Numbered from the stretch's first letter, positions 1 through 9,500 are shown. The stretch is DNA of 32,000 nt from Candidatus Hadarchaeota archaeon (GCA_964514965.1 CAZETV010000001.1:540788-572787), one strand, 5' to 3'. Notes: generated by a model not told the origin, from the letters alone. Made by a program: numbers and translations.

Positions 1-1827
1 CCGGATAATAGCAAGCCGAGGGTGGTCGATGGGCGAATCGTAGCATCGCCAGAATATCTGCCTTCCGGGGAGCTACACTATTGGGTGCACGACTCTGTAA
101 CTTTGAGGTTTGTCGCGTTAGAAGAGATGATTTTTCTACTTGTGGAGCCATGTTACGTTTTCACCGAGGATGAGGAGAAGTTACTTCCCAAAGAAAAAGC
201 CGGGCCACTTACAACCAAAAAAATTGCCCATGAGTTCAACAGGCAATATTTGCAGCACATAAGATTTTGGATTTCTACTCTCGCAACTGACAAAGATAAA
301 ATTACAATACCAACTAGTCTGGGCTCGATAGTTATTTCTGTAAGCGAAGCTGGGGTAAGTGTAAACTTTGGGGGGGGGAGTCAGGTGAATTCTCAACATG
401 ATTTCCAAAGCTGGCATGTAAATGAGCCGGAATTGTTTTTCGGAGGCGGTAATAGACATGTCGACCAGAAAATCGGACTCACACTTTACGGGCCAGCCCA
501 GCTTCCTGATAAGGCCGATCTCATAAAGTCGATTAATGTGGGGATCGTGGGTACAGGTGAAACAGTTGGTCTCGCCGAAATGTGGATGGAAAAACTAAAG
601 CGTGAGATACCAAGCAAAAAAGAGTCTGTACATTCTCCTTCATTCATGGGATTTGAAAAGACGTTCAATTGCGTACTTAATGTCGCAGATCAATGGAAAG
701 AGATCATCCCTGAAAAAGAGATACAGCAACTTGCAGATCTAGAAAAATATAAAGATTGCGTAAATAAAGCTGTCGATTTGTTTGTAGAAAGGCTCCAAAG
801 CTTGGTAGAACGAGAGCCGCGACCGCAAATCGTTATCTGTGCCATACCTCAAGCTCTTATACGTATAATCGGCAGTCGAAAAACATCTGTAGCAGTTCCA
901 GAAGAAAATGATGTTGCGGATCCTCTACCCGAAGCGATAGATTTCCGGAGAGCATTGAAAGCTAAGGCGATGGGATTTGGGATACCAACTCAGCTGGCTA
1001 AAGAGAGTACATTTACAGGAAAGACGACCACAGAGGAAAGGCCATTACAAGATGAAGCTATGAGAGCTTGGAACTTCTCTGTTGCTCTGTACTATAAGGC
1101 TGGAGGGCTTCCGTGGAGATTGGCAGAGGCTTCTCCAAGGACTTGCTATATCGGCGTATCTTTCTACAGGGAATATTTTCTAAGCGCAGCCAGAACAAGA
1201 ACCAGTTTAGTTCAGATTTTTACATATACAGGAGAAGGTCTTGTGTTAAGGGGCGACAGGTTCGAATGGGATAAAAAGATGGGCAAAAGCCCGCACCTTT
1301 CGAAACAAAATGCGTTTAAGTTGCTGAGAGACGCTATGGACGTTTATCAGCGCCACATGGGACAAACACCTGCGAGAGTAGTTATACATAAAAGCTCCCG
1401 TTATTGGAGCGACGAACTCGCTGGGTTTAGGGAAGCTTGTCAGGGAATCGGCAAAGTCGATTTTGTTTCAGTTGGCAGGCGCGGAATTCGATTTTTGAGG
1501 CAAGGCTTGTACCCTCCTTTGCGTGGTACTGTGATACAGCTGTCCAAGCATAACTATCTGGTCTACACCCGCGGCTATGTGCCCTTATACAGAACTTATC
1601 CCGGTCTTCATGTTCCCCATCCTCTGGAAATACTGGAGCACCACGGTGACTCGGATATTCGAACTGTTTGCAAAGAGATACTTGGATTAACTAAAATGAA
1701 CTGGAACAATGCTGACTATAGCATCCGCGAGCCAGTAACTTTACGCTTCTCGCGAGAAATTGGGGCGATTCTCGCTAATGTTCCAGAAGCTGTAAAGCCC
1801 AGACCACAATACTTGTTCTATATGTGA
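1..1827 (+). CDS. Prokaryotic Argonaute (MID-PIWI), 5'-partial, predicted catalytically inactive
   Basis: The ORF frame has no stop between nt 1 and the listed start at 22, so the gene probably continues upstream of the window. PIWI hallmarks are YYKAGGLPWRL and ARVVIHKSSRY. A MID-like Rossmann start is present (INVGIVGTGE) with IPTQLAK. The positions of the first and third DEDX Asp read YIGVSFY and IHKSS. Confidence 0.75.
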   Translation, partial: PDNSKPRVVDGRIVASPEYLPSGELHYWVHDSVTLRFVALEEMIFLLVEPCYVFTEDEEKLLPKEKAGPLTTKKIAHEFNRQYLQHIRFWISTLATDKDKITIPTSLGSIVISVSEAGVSVNFGGGSQVNSQHDFQSWHVNEPELFFGGGNRHVDQKIGLTLYGPAQLPDKADLIKSINVGIVGTGETVGLAEMWMEKLKREIPSKKESVHSPSFMGFEKTFNCVLNVADQWKEIIPEKEIQQLADLEKYKDCVNKAVDLFVERLQSLVEREPRPQIVICAIPQALIRIIGSRKTSVAVPEENDVADPLPEAIDFRRALKAKAMGFGIPTQLAKESTFTGKTTTEERPLQDEAMRAWNFSVALYYKAGGLPWRLAEASPRTCYIGVSFYREYFLSAARTRTSLVQIFTYTGEGLVLRGDRFEWDKKMGKSPHLSKQNAFKLLRDAMDVYQRHMGQTPARVVIHKSSRYWSDELAGFREACQGIGKVDFVSVGRRGIRFLRQGLYPPLRGTVIQLSKHNYLVYTRGYVPLYRTYPGLHVPHPLEILEHHGDSDIRTVCKEILGLTKMNWNNADYSIREPVTLRFSREIGAILANVPEAVKPRPQYLFYM

Positions 1828-1980
1828 ATTTATCGGATAGGTTTACAGATCTGGTACAATAACTTAACTTTGGCAAATCTAGGCTTTTAAACCTCCGATG
1901 ATGGCTTTTGGCCATGACAAAGAACTCTACAAGTTTGAGAGGATGCTTGAGGAAAGCCGATGACAAGCGAACTTAAGTAA

Positions 1981-2246
1981 ACCCAAAAGGGAGCGGGCCG
2001 GACGGGACTCGTACAGGTTTTGGGTTCGGGTCCAGCGCAAAATTGCGATTTAAATCCAACAGCGTGGCAGAAAGTTCGCAGGAGCAGGACTCACCCGAGC
2101 CGCTAGATTAGCACTCGGATTAGTCCGGATTCGTCGGTGTCTATACCCAATAAGGTGCAAGTACCGGCCATCCGTGGGGCAAAGCGGGCCTGGTGGTGTC
2201 CGCACCCAAAAGGGTTCGCGTTCAGCGCAAAAATGCGATTTTTTCT
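1981..2246 (+). ncRNA. Candidate structured non-coding element of unknown class
   Basis: GC-rich 486-bp gap with no credible ORF. Long hairpins: ACCCAAAA(1981-88)/TTTTGGGT(2018-25); GGACT-CCGAG...CTCGG-AGTCC (about 2087-2128); GGTGC...GCACC (about 2153-2206). A module acccaaaagg+gttcgNgtNcagcgcaaaaNtgcgattt occurs twice (1981-2051 with a 31-nt insert, and 2204-2246). The element ends in a T-run (gcgattttttc). The strand is not established. Confidence 0.25.
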
Positions 2247-2312
2247 GACAAATCCCCAATTAATTTGGCTTTATAACCCCCCTCTTTCCAGACGTTTATT
2301 CAAGAGGGAAAA

Positions 2313-3545
2313 ATGAAGAGCGAAAAAGGAGAAAACAGGCTCGGTTTAAGGAGGGGGATAAAGCGCCGTGGATTCCTTATCGCCGCGTTGGTCTCTTCAA
2401 TCACCCTCATCCTTTTGTGCTGGTCCCCCGCCCACTCGATTAAAATAGGATTCTTGCTGTCCCCATCGATCCTAGCTGTCCTATCAGTTGCGGTTTTATT
2501 GAGCTCTCGAAGACGCCCGCCACGGCGCTTGCCACTACGCCATTTAGGAAAGCTTACGTTGCTCCCCTGTATAGTACTTGTTCTGGTATTCGTTGTTTTT
2601 CCGCGGTTTCTCACTCCTTATTCGGTTTTTCTCGGCGTTGCGGTGCCTCTCTCCATCATTTCGTTCCTGGCCACCCTCGCGGTTCTGGGGCGGGCAGACA
2701 AATCCCTTGCAACACTTGGGATTCTGTTGCTTGTTTTGATCCCCATGGTCTCCCCGTGGCTCGTCCCCCTCTCGCACGCAAATATTTTCGGGGGGAGGGA
2801 AATCGAGGGGATCGCCTCCGGGATTGCCGCTGGCGAGCCAAATGCAGAACTAGTGGCAAGGAGCATAAACAGCTGGGTTTACAACAACATGAGGGATGCC
2901 AACAAATATGGATTCGGAGAACAATTTTTTGATTTCCGTACAATCTCCGAGCCCCCGTACATATGGAGGAGGAGCAACGATCCGTCTGAGATTATTTTTT
3001 ACAGGTACGGCGCCTGCGAGGAATACGCACGTCTATTTGTGGGGTTGGCCACGGAAGCGAAGCTCTCCAGTTGGCGCGTGCACAGTCCGGGGGAAGATCA
3101 CGTTTGGGCCGAGGTCGAGATAGATAACTCGCCTGTGTTTTTCGACCCGAGCAACAACATATTCGGAAATACGGGGGGATACGAAGACATGCGGAGCGTG
3201 CAGGTATCCCAGGTTTACGCGGTTTATGAGAACGGGGAGAACCGCGACATCACAAGCAGGTACACGGACACGGGAAGACTGACTGTCTTTGTAACGAAGG
3301 ATAATGAACCAGTCAACGGCGCGACAGTAATAGTGAAGAGCAAATTCCTGTGGCAGCGTGAACCTGACAAGTATGATTGCCCACGGAATGTCACTGAAAG
3401 TAGCACCGGCGACAATGGCATCTGCATCTTCGATCTGGGGGGGAACGACTACCTGATCCGCGCGGAATCGGGCGGCCTCTGGGATGAGGAAAACGTCGCC
3501 GTGGTAGAAAACGACAACGTCTTCGTGGAGCTGCAGCTGAGCTGA
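2313..3545 (+). CDS. Membrane protein with transglutaminase-like cysteine protease core and C-terminal CarboxypepD_reg-like beta-sandwich
   Basis: The N-terminal ~150 aa are strongly hydrophobic (multiple TM segments). A Cys-His-Asp core is present: YGACEEYARLF, DHVWAEVEI, FFDPSNN. The C-terminus reads NGATVIVKS...DNGICIFDLGGNDYLIRAES. A TATA-like ctttataac lies ~40 nt upstream. Confidence 0.7.
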   Translation: MKSEKGENRLGLRRGIKRRGFLIAALVSSITLILLCWSPAHSIKIGFLLSPSILAVLSVAVLLSSRRRPPRRLPLRHLGKLTLLPCIVLVLVFVVFPRFLTPYSVFLGVAVPLSIISFLATLAVLGRADKSLATLGILLLVLIPMVSPWLVPLSHANIFGGREIEGIASGIAAGEPNAELVARSINSWVYNNMRDANKYGFGEQFFDFRTISEPPYIWRRSNDPSEIIFYRYGACEEYARLFVGLATEAKLSSWRVHSPGEDHVWAEVEIDNSPVFFDPSNNIFGNTGGYEDMRSVQVSQVYAVYENGENRDITSRYTDTGRLTVFVTKDNEPVNGATVIVKSKFLWQREPDKYDCPRNVTESSTGDNGICIFDLGGNDYLIRAESGGLWDEENVAVVENDNVFVELQLS

Positions 3546-3570
3546 AATCGAGCGAAGGGTGGGACAAGAA

Positions 3571-4302
3571 ATGCCGAAACGTCCAAAACCCGAATCGAAA
3601 ACGGCTGGCCCCAAGCGGTGGGGGCGCGGGCTCCTTCCCCTTCTATGCGCCGTTCTATTGCTCGTGTCCGTTTTGCTGTCATACGTTCTTGCGGTGGGCA
3701 TCAACTCCTTCTTCGAGGGGATTTTGGGGGAGAAAGCCCAAGCCGAGCTAGAGGCCCCGTTCGTGGAGGAGCTCCTGAAACCGCTTGGTCTGATCCTCCT
3801 GGCGGCCGTGCTCTGGTGGGCGAACCGCATCGGGAAGGTAAGGGTTGACTGGCTGAAATCCGCTAAAGTCTACTACACAATCGGGTACGTTAGCGGGTTG
3901 GTTTTCGGGCTGCTTGAGAATTTGCTCAGCTACGAGAAATTTTCTGGCTTGAGGGGGATAGCTCCGTTCTCCCACGCGTTCGGAGCTGGCATGGTAGGTG
4001 TGGGCATCTACTACGTGCTGACGCGAGGGAAAGGGGGGCTGGGCATGTTTGCTTTCCTGTACTCTATTGCGGCCCTGCTCCACTTCGCTTGGAACAACAT
4101 CTTGGCTGCGCGGGCCGTGCTGGGGGCGTTCGAGACGATAATCGGTCTCGCGGCGTTCCTTGTTTTCTTCCAACTCGAACTCCGGGGAAGGTTTGGTTTT
4201 CCGCCAAAAGGGAGTGGCTCTCCCACGGGATGTAGCGGGCATAAGGCGGAATTTACACCATTCTCGTCCCAAAGTTTATACATGCTCGCAAAACAATATT
4301 AA
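3571..4302 (+). CDS. PrsW-family intramembrane protease-like protein
   Basis: Motifs in PrsW order: PFVEELLKP (EExxK), GLVFGLLENLLSY (GFxxEN), FSHAFGAG, LHFAWNN (HxxxN). Polytopic hydrophobic profile. ATG at 3571 is preceded by AAGGGTGGG; the track start at 3559 is GTG. Confidence 0.6.
   Translation: MPKRPKPESKTAGPKRWGRGLLPLLCAVLLLVSVLLSYVLAVGINSFFEGILGEKAQAELEAPFVEELLKPLGLILLAAVLWWANRIGKVRVDWLKSAKVYYTIGYVSGLVFGLLENLLSYEKFSGLRGIAPFSHAFGAGMVGVGIYYVLTRGKGGLGMFAFLYSIAALLHFAWNNILAARAVLGAFETIIGLAAFLVFFQLELRGRFGFPPKGSGSPTGCSGHKAEFTPFSSQSLYMLAKQY
4233..4260 (+). repeat. Left copy of direct repeat bracketing the ASCH-like gene
   Basis: tagcgggcataaggcggaatttacacca. The 16-nt core ggcggaatttacacca (4245-4260) is identical to 4794-4809. 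This copy lies inside the 3' end of the PrsW-like CDS. Confidence 0.6.
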
Positions 4303-4338
4303 AAATAAGAAATTTTGGTCAAAGAAGGAGAGTCCATC

Positions 4339-4782
4339 ATGCCTCACCACACTAAAAAGGTAGAAGCAGTTGTATTTCCACTCAAAGATTTGTACATAGA
4401 CCGATTCTTTAATGATGGAAAAGATGTATTCATAAAGTTTCCAACTCACGAGATTCTCCCAGAGACTACAAAATTTTTAAAACGTCTAATTTTTTACGCT
4501 TCTCGTGCAGATAAAACATTAAGGGGTGAAGCTACTTTAAAAAAAGTAAATCTCATTTCTTTAGAAGACGCACGAAAGAGATACGGTGGTAGGATTTTTC
4601 TCAATACGACTGAAATTTCGCAATATGCCAGAGGCAGAACTAAAAAGATACTTGTGTTTGAACTTGGTAGATTGAAGAAGTACCAGAAGCCGATCCCGTG
4701 GAAGAAACCGATGACCATGGTTGGATGCTATCTAACTGACGAAGAGTATCGCAAAGCGATCAATATGAACATGGAGACATAG
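4339..4782 (+). CDS. ASCH/PUA-like fold protein (DUF365-like), function unknown
   Basis: Size and pattern (GEATLKKV...ISLEDA...ILVFELG..KYQKPIPW...MTMVGCYLTDEEY) resemble small archaeal ASCH-type proteins. ATG at 4339 follows GAAGGAGAG. The gene is markedly AT-rich (17 G+C in nt 4381-4440 versus 36 in 4021-4080). Confidence 0.35.
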   Translation: MPHHTKKVEAVVFPLKDLYIDRFFNDGKDVFIKFPTHEILPETTKFLKRLIFYASRADKTLRGEATLKKVNLISLEDARKRYGGRIFLNTTEISQYARGRTKKILVFELGRLKKYQKPIPWKKPMTMVGCYLTDEEYRKAINMNMET

Positions 4783-4809
4783 CGAGCTCAAGGGGCGGAA
4801 TTTACACCA
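4780..4809 (+). repeat. Right copy of direct repeat bracketing the ASCH-like gene
   Basis: tagcgagctcaaggggcggaatttacacca. This copy starts at the ASCH stop codon. The core 4794-4809 is identical to 4245-4260. Confidence 0.6.
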
Positions 4810-4948
4810 ATAGGAAATTGTATTCAGGGTCTTGTCTTGCGCATAAATTTTGAAAATTATTCGCCCCCCCATAACTTCTCCCATTCATCTGGCGCACATA
4901 TTATCCTAAGATCGGGGGCGGGTTCAGAGCCGCCGATTCTTAGTAGCT

Positions 4949-6592
4949 TTATCTTCGATTGATACGACGGTCGCGTAGCTTGGACCAGATACCCCTGAGG
5001 GTGTTAACCTGCTGAGCTGTCAAACCTAACTGATTCATGAGGAGCATTTGGTCGGTCAAATCCAGAACACTCCCTATACCCTCCTTGCTCAGCACCTGAT
5101 TCAAATAGTCGATGTCAAGATTATCAGCTCCTTGAAGGGGGATGGGCAAGCTGGCAATTTCGCTGGGGTACATCTCGAGGACGCCACCTCCGTAGCTACG
5201 CCCCATGACCTCGGAGAAAGCGAAAGTCAACGAGTTGAGGAGCGCGGCGGCTACAGTATTGATATTTGTTTCCCCAACCATCTTGACTCGATGAATGGTG
5301 TCAGTGGAGGTGGCGTCGGTCCGGTTCACAATTATTCTCGGATGCTGATGAATCTGTCGGAGCATGAAACCGTGAGGAATCCACGTAGACGGGACGGTGT
5401 ACCAGGGGTCTCGTATTCGGCACTTGTACCCTTCGTGGATACCTTGGTCTTCACCTGACGTTATGTAGGACCTTAGTGATTTATGAAGCTTGTTTTTTGG
5501 CTCCGGAGGAATTTTGAGCAAGAGCACGGGGCGGTTCTTTCGCAGGTCGCTTTCCCAATCATCTTTGCTGAAAACGATGCCGCTGAAGTGGGCTGATCGC
5601 GTGACAATGGGCACCGTGTAATCTGTAATACCCAACTCTCTCGCCTGGCTCTTTGTCAGAATGAAGAAGCTGTTCTGGCCAGTCACAACCCCTACGTCTA
5701 TATCAAGGACATCTTCTCCCCTAGAGATTTCTCTATTCTCTCGCAGTTTTCTCAGAAGGAGAATCTCATCCTTGTCAAGGAAGTATTGCGTCCACTTCTC
5801 CCGAGTGTGATCCATCGGCTTAACTTCCCGTCTCAGAATCTCATCATGGTCATAGGTTTTGAGGTCCCCCATGTTCCTGAGTTCTACGACGCGAATCCCC
5901 GTGGTGTTCGCTCCGCCACTCTCAGCCAGAAAGAGTACAACTTCCTGTTGGATTCCGCCGAAGACGAGTCGCTCGAAGGTGACGAGGACGATGTTCTTGT
6001 AATATGTACTCAGGAATTCCCTAAGCTCAGCTGCGTAGCTGACCTGAAGAAGCTCGGCGGGAATGACCATGCCCAGGCGTCCGTGCTCTTTCAGCAAGAG
6101 CGTTGACCCGACGAGAAATGGCATCCAAGTATTTGTCAATCTGCTAGGATGGAGACCTGTGCTACGCATCAGCTCCATCGCAATCTCTCGTTGCTTCTTC
6201 GGAAAATTCTGATAGCGGATAAAGGGGGGGTTACCAACTACAGCGTCAAAAAGGTCACGTTTCATCAGACGGGCACGGCAATACTCAAAGAAATCCCCCG
6301 TTCGAACAATCTCCCTAGCGCCCTGAATCCCTAACATTCGTAGGCGTTTCCTAGCCTTCTCGGCTTCCTTGGGGTTGAGCTCAACCGCCCTAATCTGACT
6401 GCTGAGGGAATCCTTCGCCTCTAGACTTGCAAGTCTTTCGGTGACAAATCTCAAGAACACGCCGTCGCCGCAGCCCGGCTCGAGGACTTTTGCGTTGGCG
6501 GACTGAACCGTCCAGTTCGTGATGAACTTCGCAAGAGGGTCTGGTGTGTAGTAACCCCCACGCAGTTTCTGAGGTGACGGCTCGGTTTTCAT
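4949..6592 (-). CDS. N6-adenine DNA methyltransferase (gamma-class, Eco57I-M-like) with C-terminal TaqI-like target recognition region
   Basis: RGGYYTPDPL (motif X), LEPGCGDGVFL (motif I, SAM binding), VVGNPPFIRYQNF (motif IV NPPF). ATGA start/stop overlap with the upstream RM gene, with GAGGAGGA immediately before the ATG. Confidence 0.85.
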   Translation of the reverse strand: MKTEPSPQKLRGGYYTPDPLAKFITNWTVQSANAKVLEPGCGDGVFLRFVTERLASLEAKDSLSSQIRAVELNPKEAEKARKRLRMLGIQGAREIVRTGDFFEYCRARLMKRDLFDAVVGNPPFIRYQNFPKKQREIAMELMRSTGLHPSRLTNTWMPFLVGSTLLLKEHGRLGMVIPAELLQVSYAAELREFLSTYYKNIVLVTFERLVFGGIQQEVVLFLAESGGANTTGIRVVELRNMGDLKTYDHDEILRREVKPMDHTREKWTQYFLDKDEILLLRKLRENREISRGEDVLDIDVGVVTGQNSFFILTKSQARELGITDYTVPIVTRSAHFSGIVFSKDDWESDLRKNRPVLLLKIPPEPKNKLHKSLRSYITSGEDQGIHEGYKCRIRDPWYTVPSTWIPHGFMLRQIHQHPRIIVNRTDATSTDTIHRVKMVGETNINTVAAALLNSLTFAFSEVMGRSYGGGVLEMYPSEIASLPIPLQGADNLDIDYLNQVLSKEGIGSVLDLTDQMLLMNQLGLTAQQVNTLRGIWSKLRDRRINRR

Positions 6593-9500
6593 TCCTCCTC
6601 GACCCCCCTTAGCTTGCGTGAGAGTTCTTCTAGGACCCCCACATCCTCTTTGTTAACCTCGTAGAACTCTTCGATTGTCTCGTCTAACTTCTTTCTCAGT
6701 TGCGTCAGGAGTCGCTGATAGCGTGTTTTTGTCTGGGGCGTTTGGGCCTTCTCCCATTTCGCGGTCACATCTATGAGTTTGGTCGTGAGCGAGACGATTT
6801 TCTTGTAGAGTTCCGCTTCTCCTTTGTTGTTCTCGTCCGTCAGCTTGATGGGAAGGTCCTTAATGAACTGCTTACCGTGGGAGTAGTACCCTCCTCTGAA
6901 CTTGCTCGACCGCTCCTCGACCATTGCCTCGAAGACAGGATGCGACAGGACTGCCTGCAGGTAGTGGATTGAGATTTCGCTATCATCCTTAGGTCTGAGA
7001 GCGTAGTATGGACCGTTCCCCCCTCCGGTGAATAGGATGTTGTGATCGTCGTGAACATATCGTGGTTCGAGCGAGAGGATTGGCCAGATGAGCTTGTCTC
7101 GTCCGTCGAACTTGGTTAGGCTCTGGGATCGGCCGAATCTGTACCAGGTTTCTGGGGTGCCCCCCTGGATGCTTCTGTCCTCAATTAGTTCGTCTCGGTA
7201 ATCCTGTAGGTATTTCCAACACTCTGGGAAGTTCTCCTGCATTTCTCTGGGCGTGTAAACTATTGCGCGCCCGCTCTTTACCTTATAAGGGAAAATAATG
7301 TACGTGTTGGCCTTTGGCGTTCCAAAGCACTCTAATGGGGCATCCAAGAGCGAAGGCCTCACAATTGCTTTTTCGACCTTCCTTGGGGTGCCGTCCTTGT
7401 CCGTAAAGTGTATGTAGTTATCGGTCTCCTTTTCCGGCCTAAATATGTAGATTTCGTCTGCGCTGGTCTGGACGCCTACGAAGATGTTCGCGACTGATTC
7501 CAACGTAGCCGGGTTCTCCTGATTCAGGCGCCCGAAGAGTTCCTTCACACTTGGCGGGAGGAACACCCATGGTTCCTCGGATATGTCATCAGCATTGTAC
7601 TCTTCTGTTACCCCTCGTCGTTCGTATTTCCACGCAGATAGGTCCGGGACATGCTCAACGACGAACCGTTCTGCGGGTGCATTGCCCAAGATGAGGATGC
7701 ACGTGTAGGTTGTACTGCGCGGATGGAAGACTTGCTGGACTCCGAAGTCGACGAAGCACCGAAGGTTCTTACCTTCGGAGATTAGCTTGCGGAGAGCTTT
7801 TCCAGACTTAATCTTGGTAAACTTGTGAGGCACGATGTATCCGAGGACGCCGTCTTCGGTCAGCAAGGAAACCGCGCGTTCGATGAAGAGAGCATATTTG
7901 TCGAAGTTGTCGCTCTTGGATGTCTCATAAGGGCACTTTCCACTCTGGTAGAAAGATACCTCCTCGGGGGTGTATTTGACCATATTCTGGATGCGGATGT
8001 AGGGGGGGTTGCCAACAATGATGTCGAAGCCGCCTTCCTTAAAGATTTCAGGGAAAGCATCCCTCCAGTCTAATGGGTTGATACTCCTCAGGAGGTTCTC
8101 ATCATCTAGACCATCGGGATTGAATTTAAGATAAGACGAGGTGTCCACCAAGCTGTTGCCACACTGAATGTTGTCGCTCAGGTTGGGGAGGGCTTTTACC
8201 CTATGGCGTTCGAGATGATCCTTGATTGTTGCGGCAGTCTCATTTTCTAACGTTTTCAGTAGCAGACTGAATCGGGTTACCTCGGCGGCTTGTATGTCGA
8301 TGTCTACGCCGAAGATATTGTTCAACAGTATCCGTTGCTTTTCTCGTAGCGTGAGGTACCACTGGTCTTGCGGTCCCCTGTATAGTTTGTCCTTGTGCTT
8401 CTCGGAACCATCTTTGAGATACCACTCACGATGGTAGTTGAGGAGATGTTCGTACGCAGCAAGCAAGAATGTCCCAGAGCCGCAGGCGATGTCTGCTACA
8501 TGTAGCGACGACAAGTGGTCAGGTGTCTTCCCGTCGCAAGCCGAAGCAACTGTCTGATCAGTAATGTAGTCAACGATGAATGATGGGGTTGGGATAACGC
8601 CGGACTCGACCGCCTCTGGCTTATCCTCAATCTCGACCTTTCTTCCCTCACCGAGTCGTACCTCTTTGCCGAGAAACAGCTCGTAGATTTCACCTAAGAC
8701 TGTTGCGTCCATGACCGAGAAAGCGTACGGGCTTTCGGGGTAGTAGAGCTCCTGAAAGATCTGGATCAGGTTGTCGCTACCCACCTCGACATCGAGGGAG
8801 AGTTGGTCCTCAACGAAGTCGAAAAGGCCTGAGTTGTATCGTTTGTCGGTTTTGAGAAAGAGCTCCTTGAGTTCGTCATATGACTCAACCTTCTGGAGTC
8901 TCTTGTACTTCTCGAGTTCTCGATCCTCACATATCCTCAAAAAGACGATTCGGTTTATGAGCCTCTGTACGAGAAAGTTGAGCGTATCCTGCGCCAGCGA
9001 GGGGTTGCGCGTTGCTAAATCCTTAGCGAGTGCTTCTCGCCAGCCCTCTATCTGTCGGAGGAAGTAGTCGTCGAACGGTTGGGTTCCCTCGATCTCCCTC
9101 TCAACATCGAATACCTTGTCAAACCGGCCGCTATAGACAGATTCCCTTGACAACTGTTCATAAATCTCGTCGAACTTCTGGACGTATTCGTTGTAGCTAT
9201 AAATCTTGAGACGAGCTACACGGACATCGTCCTCTGGTTTTGGAAGGAAGCGACAATCGTAGATGACGAGGTGCTCGAAGTTGGTCAATACGGATACAGG
9301 AAGGCGAGCCGTCCATCCATATCTCCGAAGCTGGAAAGCAGGCTGCTTATTCCTCTCGATGTGAACCGAGGGTTTTTTTGCCTCGACGAAGAGCTTCCGC
9401 TTTCCAGCGACTCTCAGACCGTAGTCGGGCTCTTTGGGTAGCTGACCGCTCTCTTCCTCGGCCTCCACCGATGTCCCGTGAATAACTTCCCTCAGGTGGA

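Noticed and set aside
2050-2259. 69-aa minus-strand ORF in the pAgo-TGase intergenic region.
   Set aside because: Arg/Pro/Gly-rich translation typical of GC-rich non-coding DNA. It overlaps the hairpin-rich element and has no start context.
1940-2260. Possible archaeal RNase P RNA (GAGGAAAGCC at ~1949 resembles CR-I GAGGAAAGUCC; ctagattag resembles AGAUGAAUG) or SRP RNA.
   Set aside because: I could not find the remaining universally conserved blocks in the right order (ACAGAA, GGUAAG..GUGAAAG and ACAGAAC.CGGCUUA for RNase P; the GGAA-tetraloop helix 8 motif for SRP). The identity is left open, and the region is reported only as an unknown structured element.
3033-3830. 265-aa minus-strand ORF, plus other antisense ORFs across 2300-4283.
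   Set aside because: They lie antisense to two plus-strand genes that have clear family motifs. The composition (R/S/P-rich) is that of a shadow frame.
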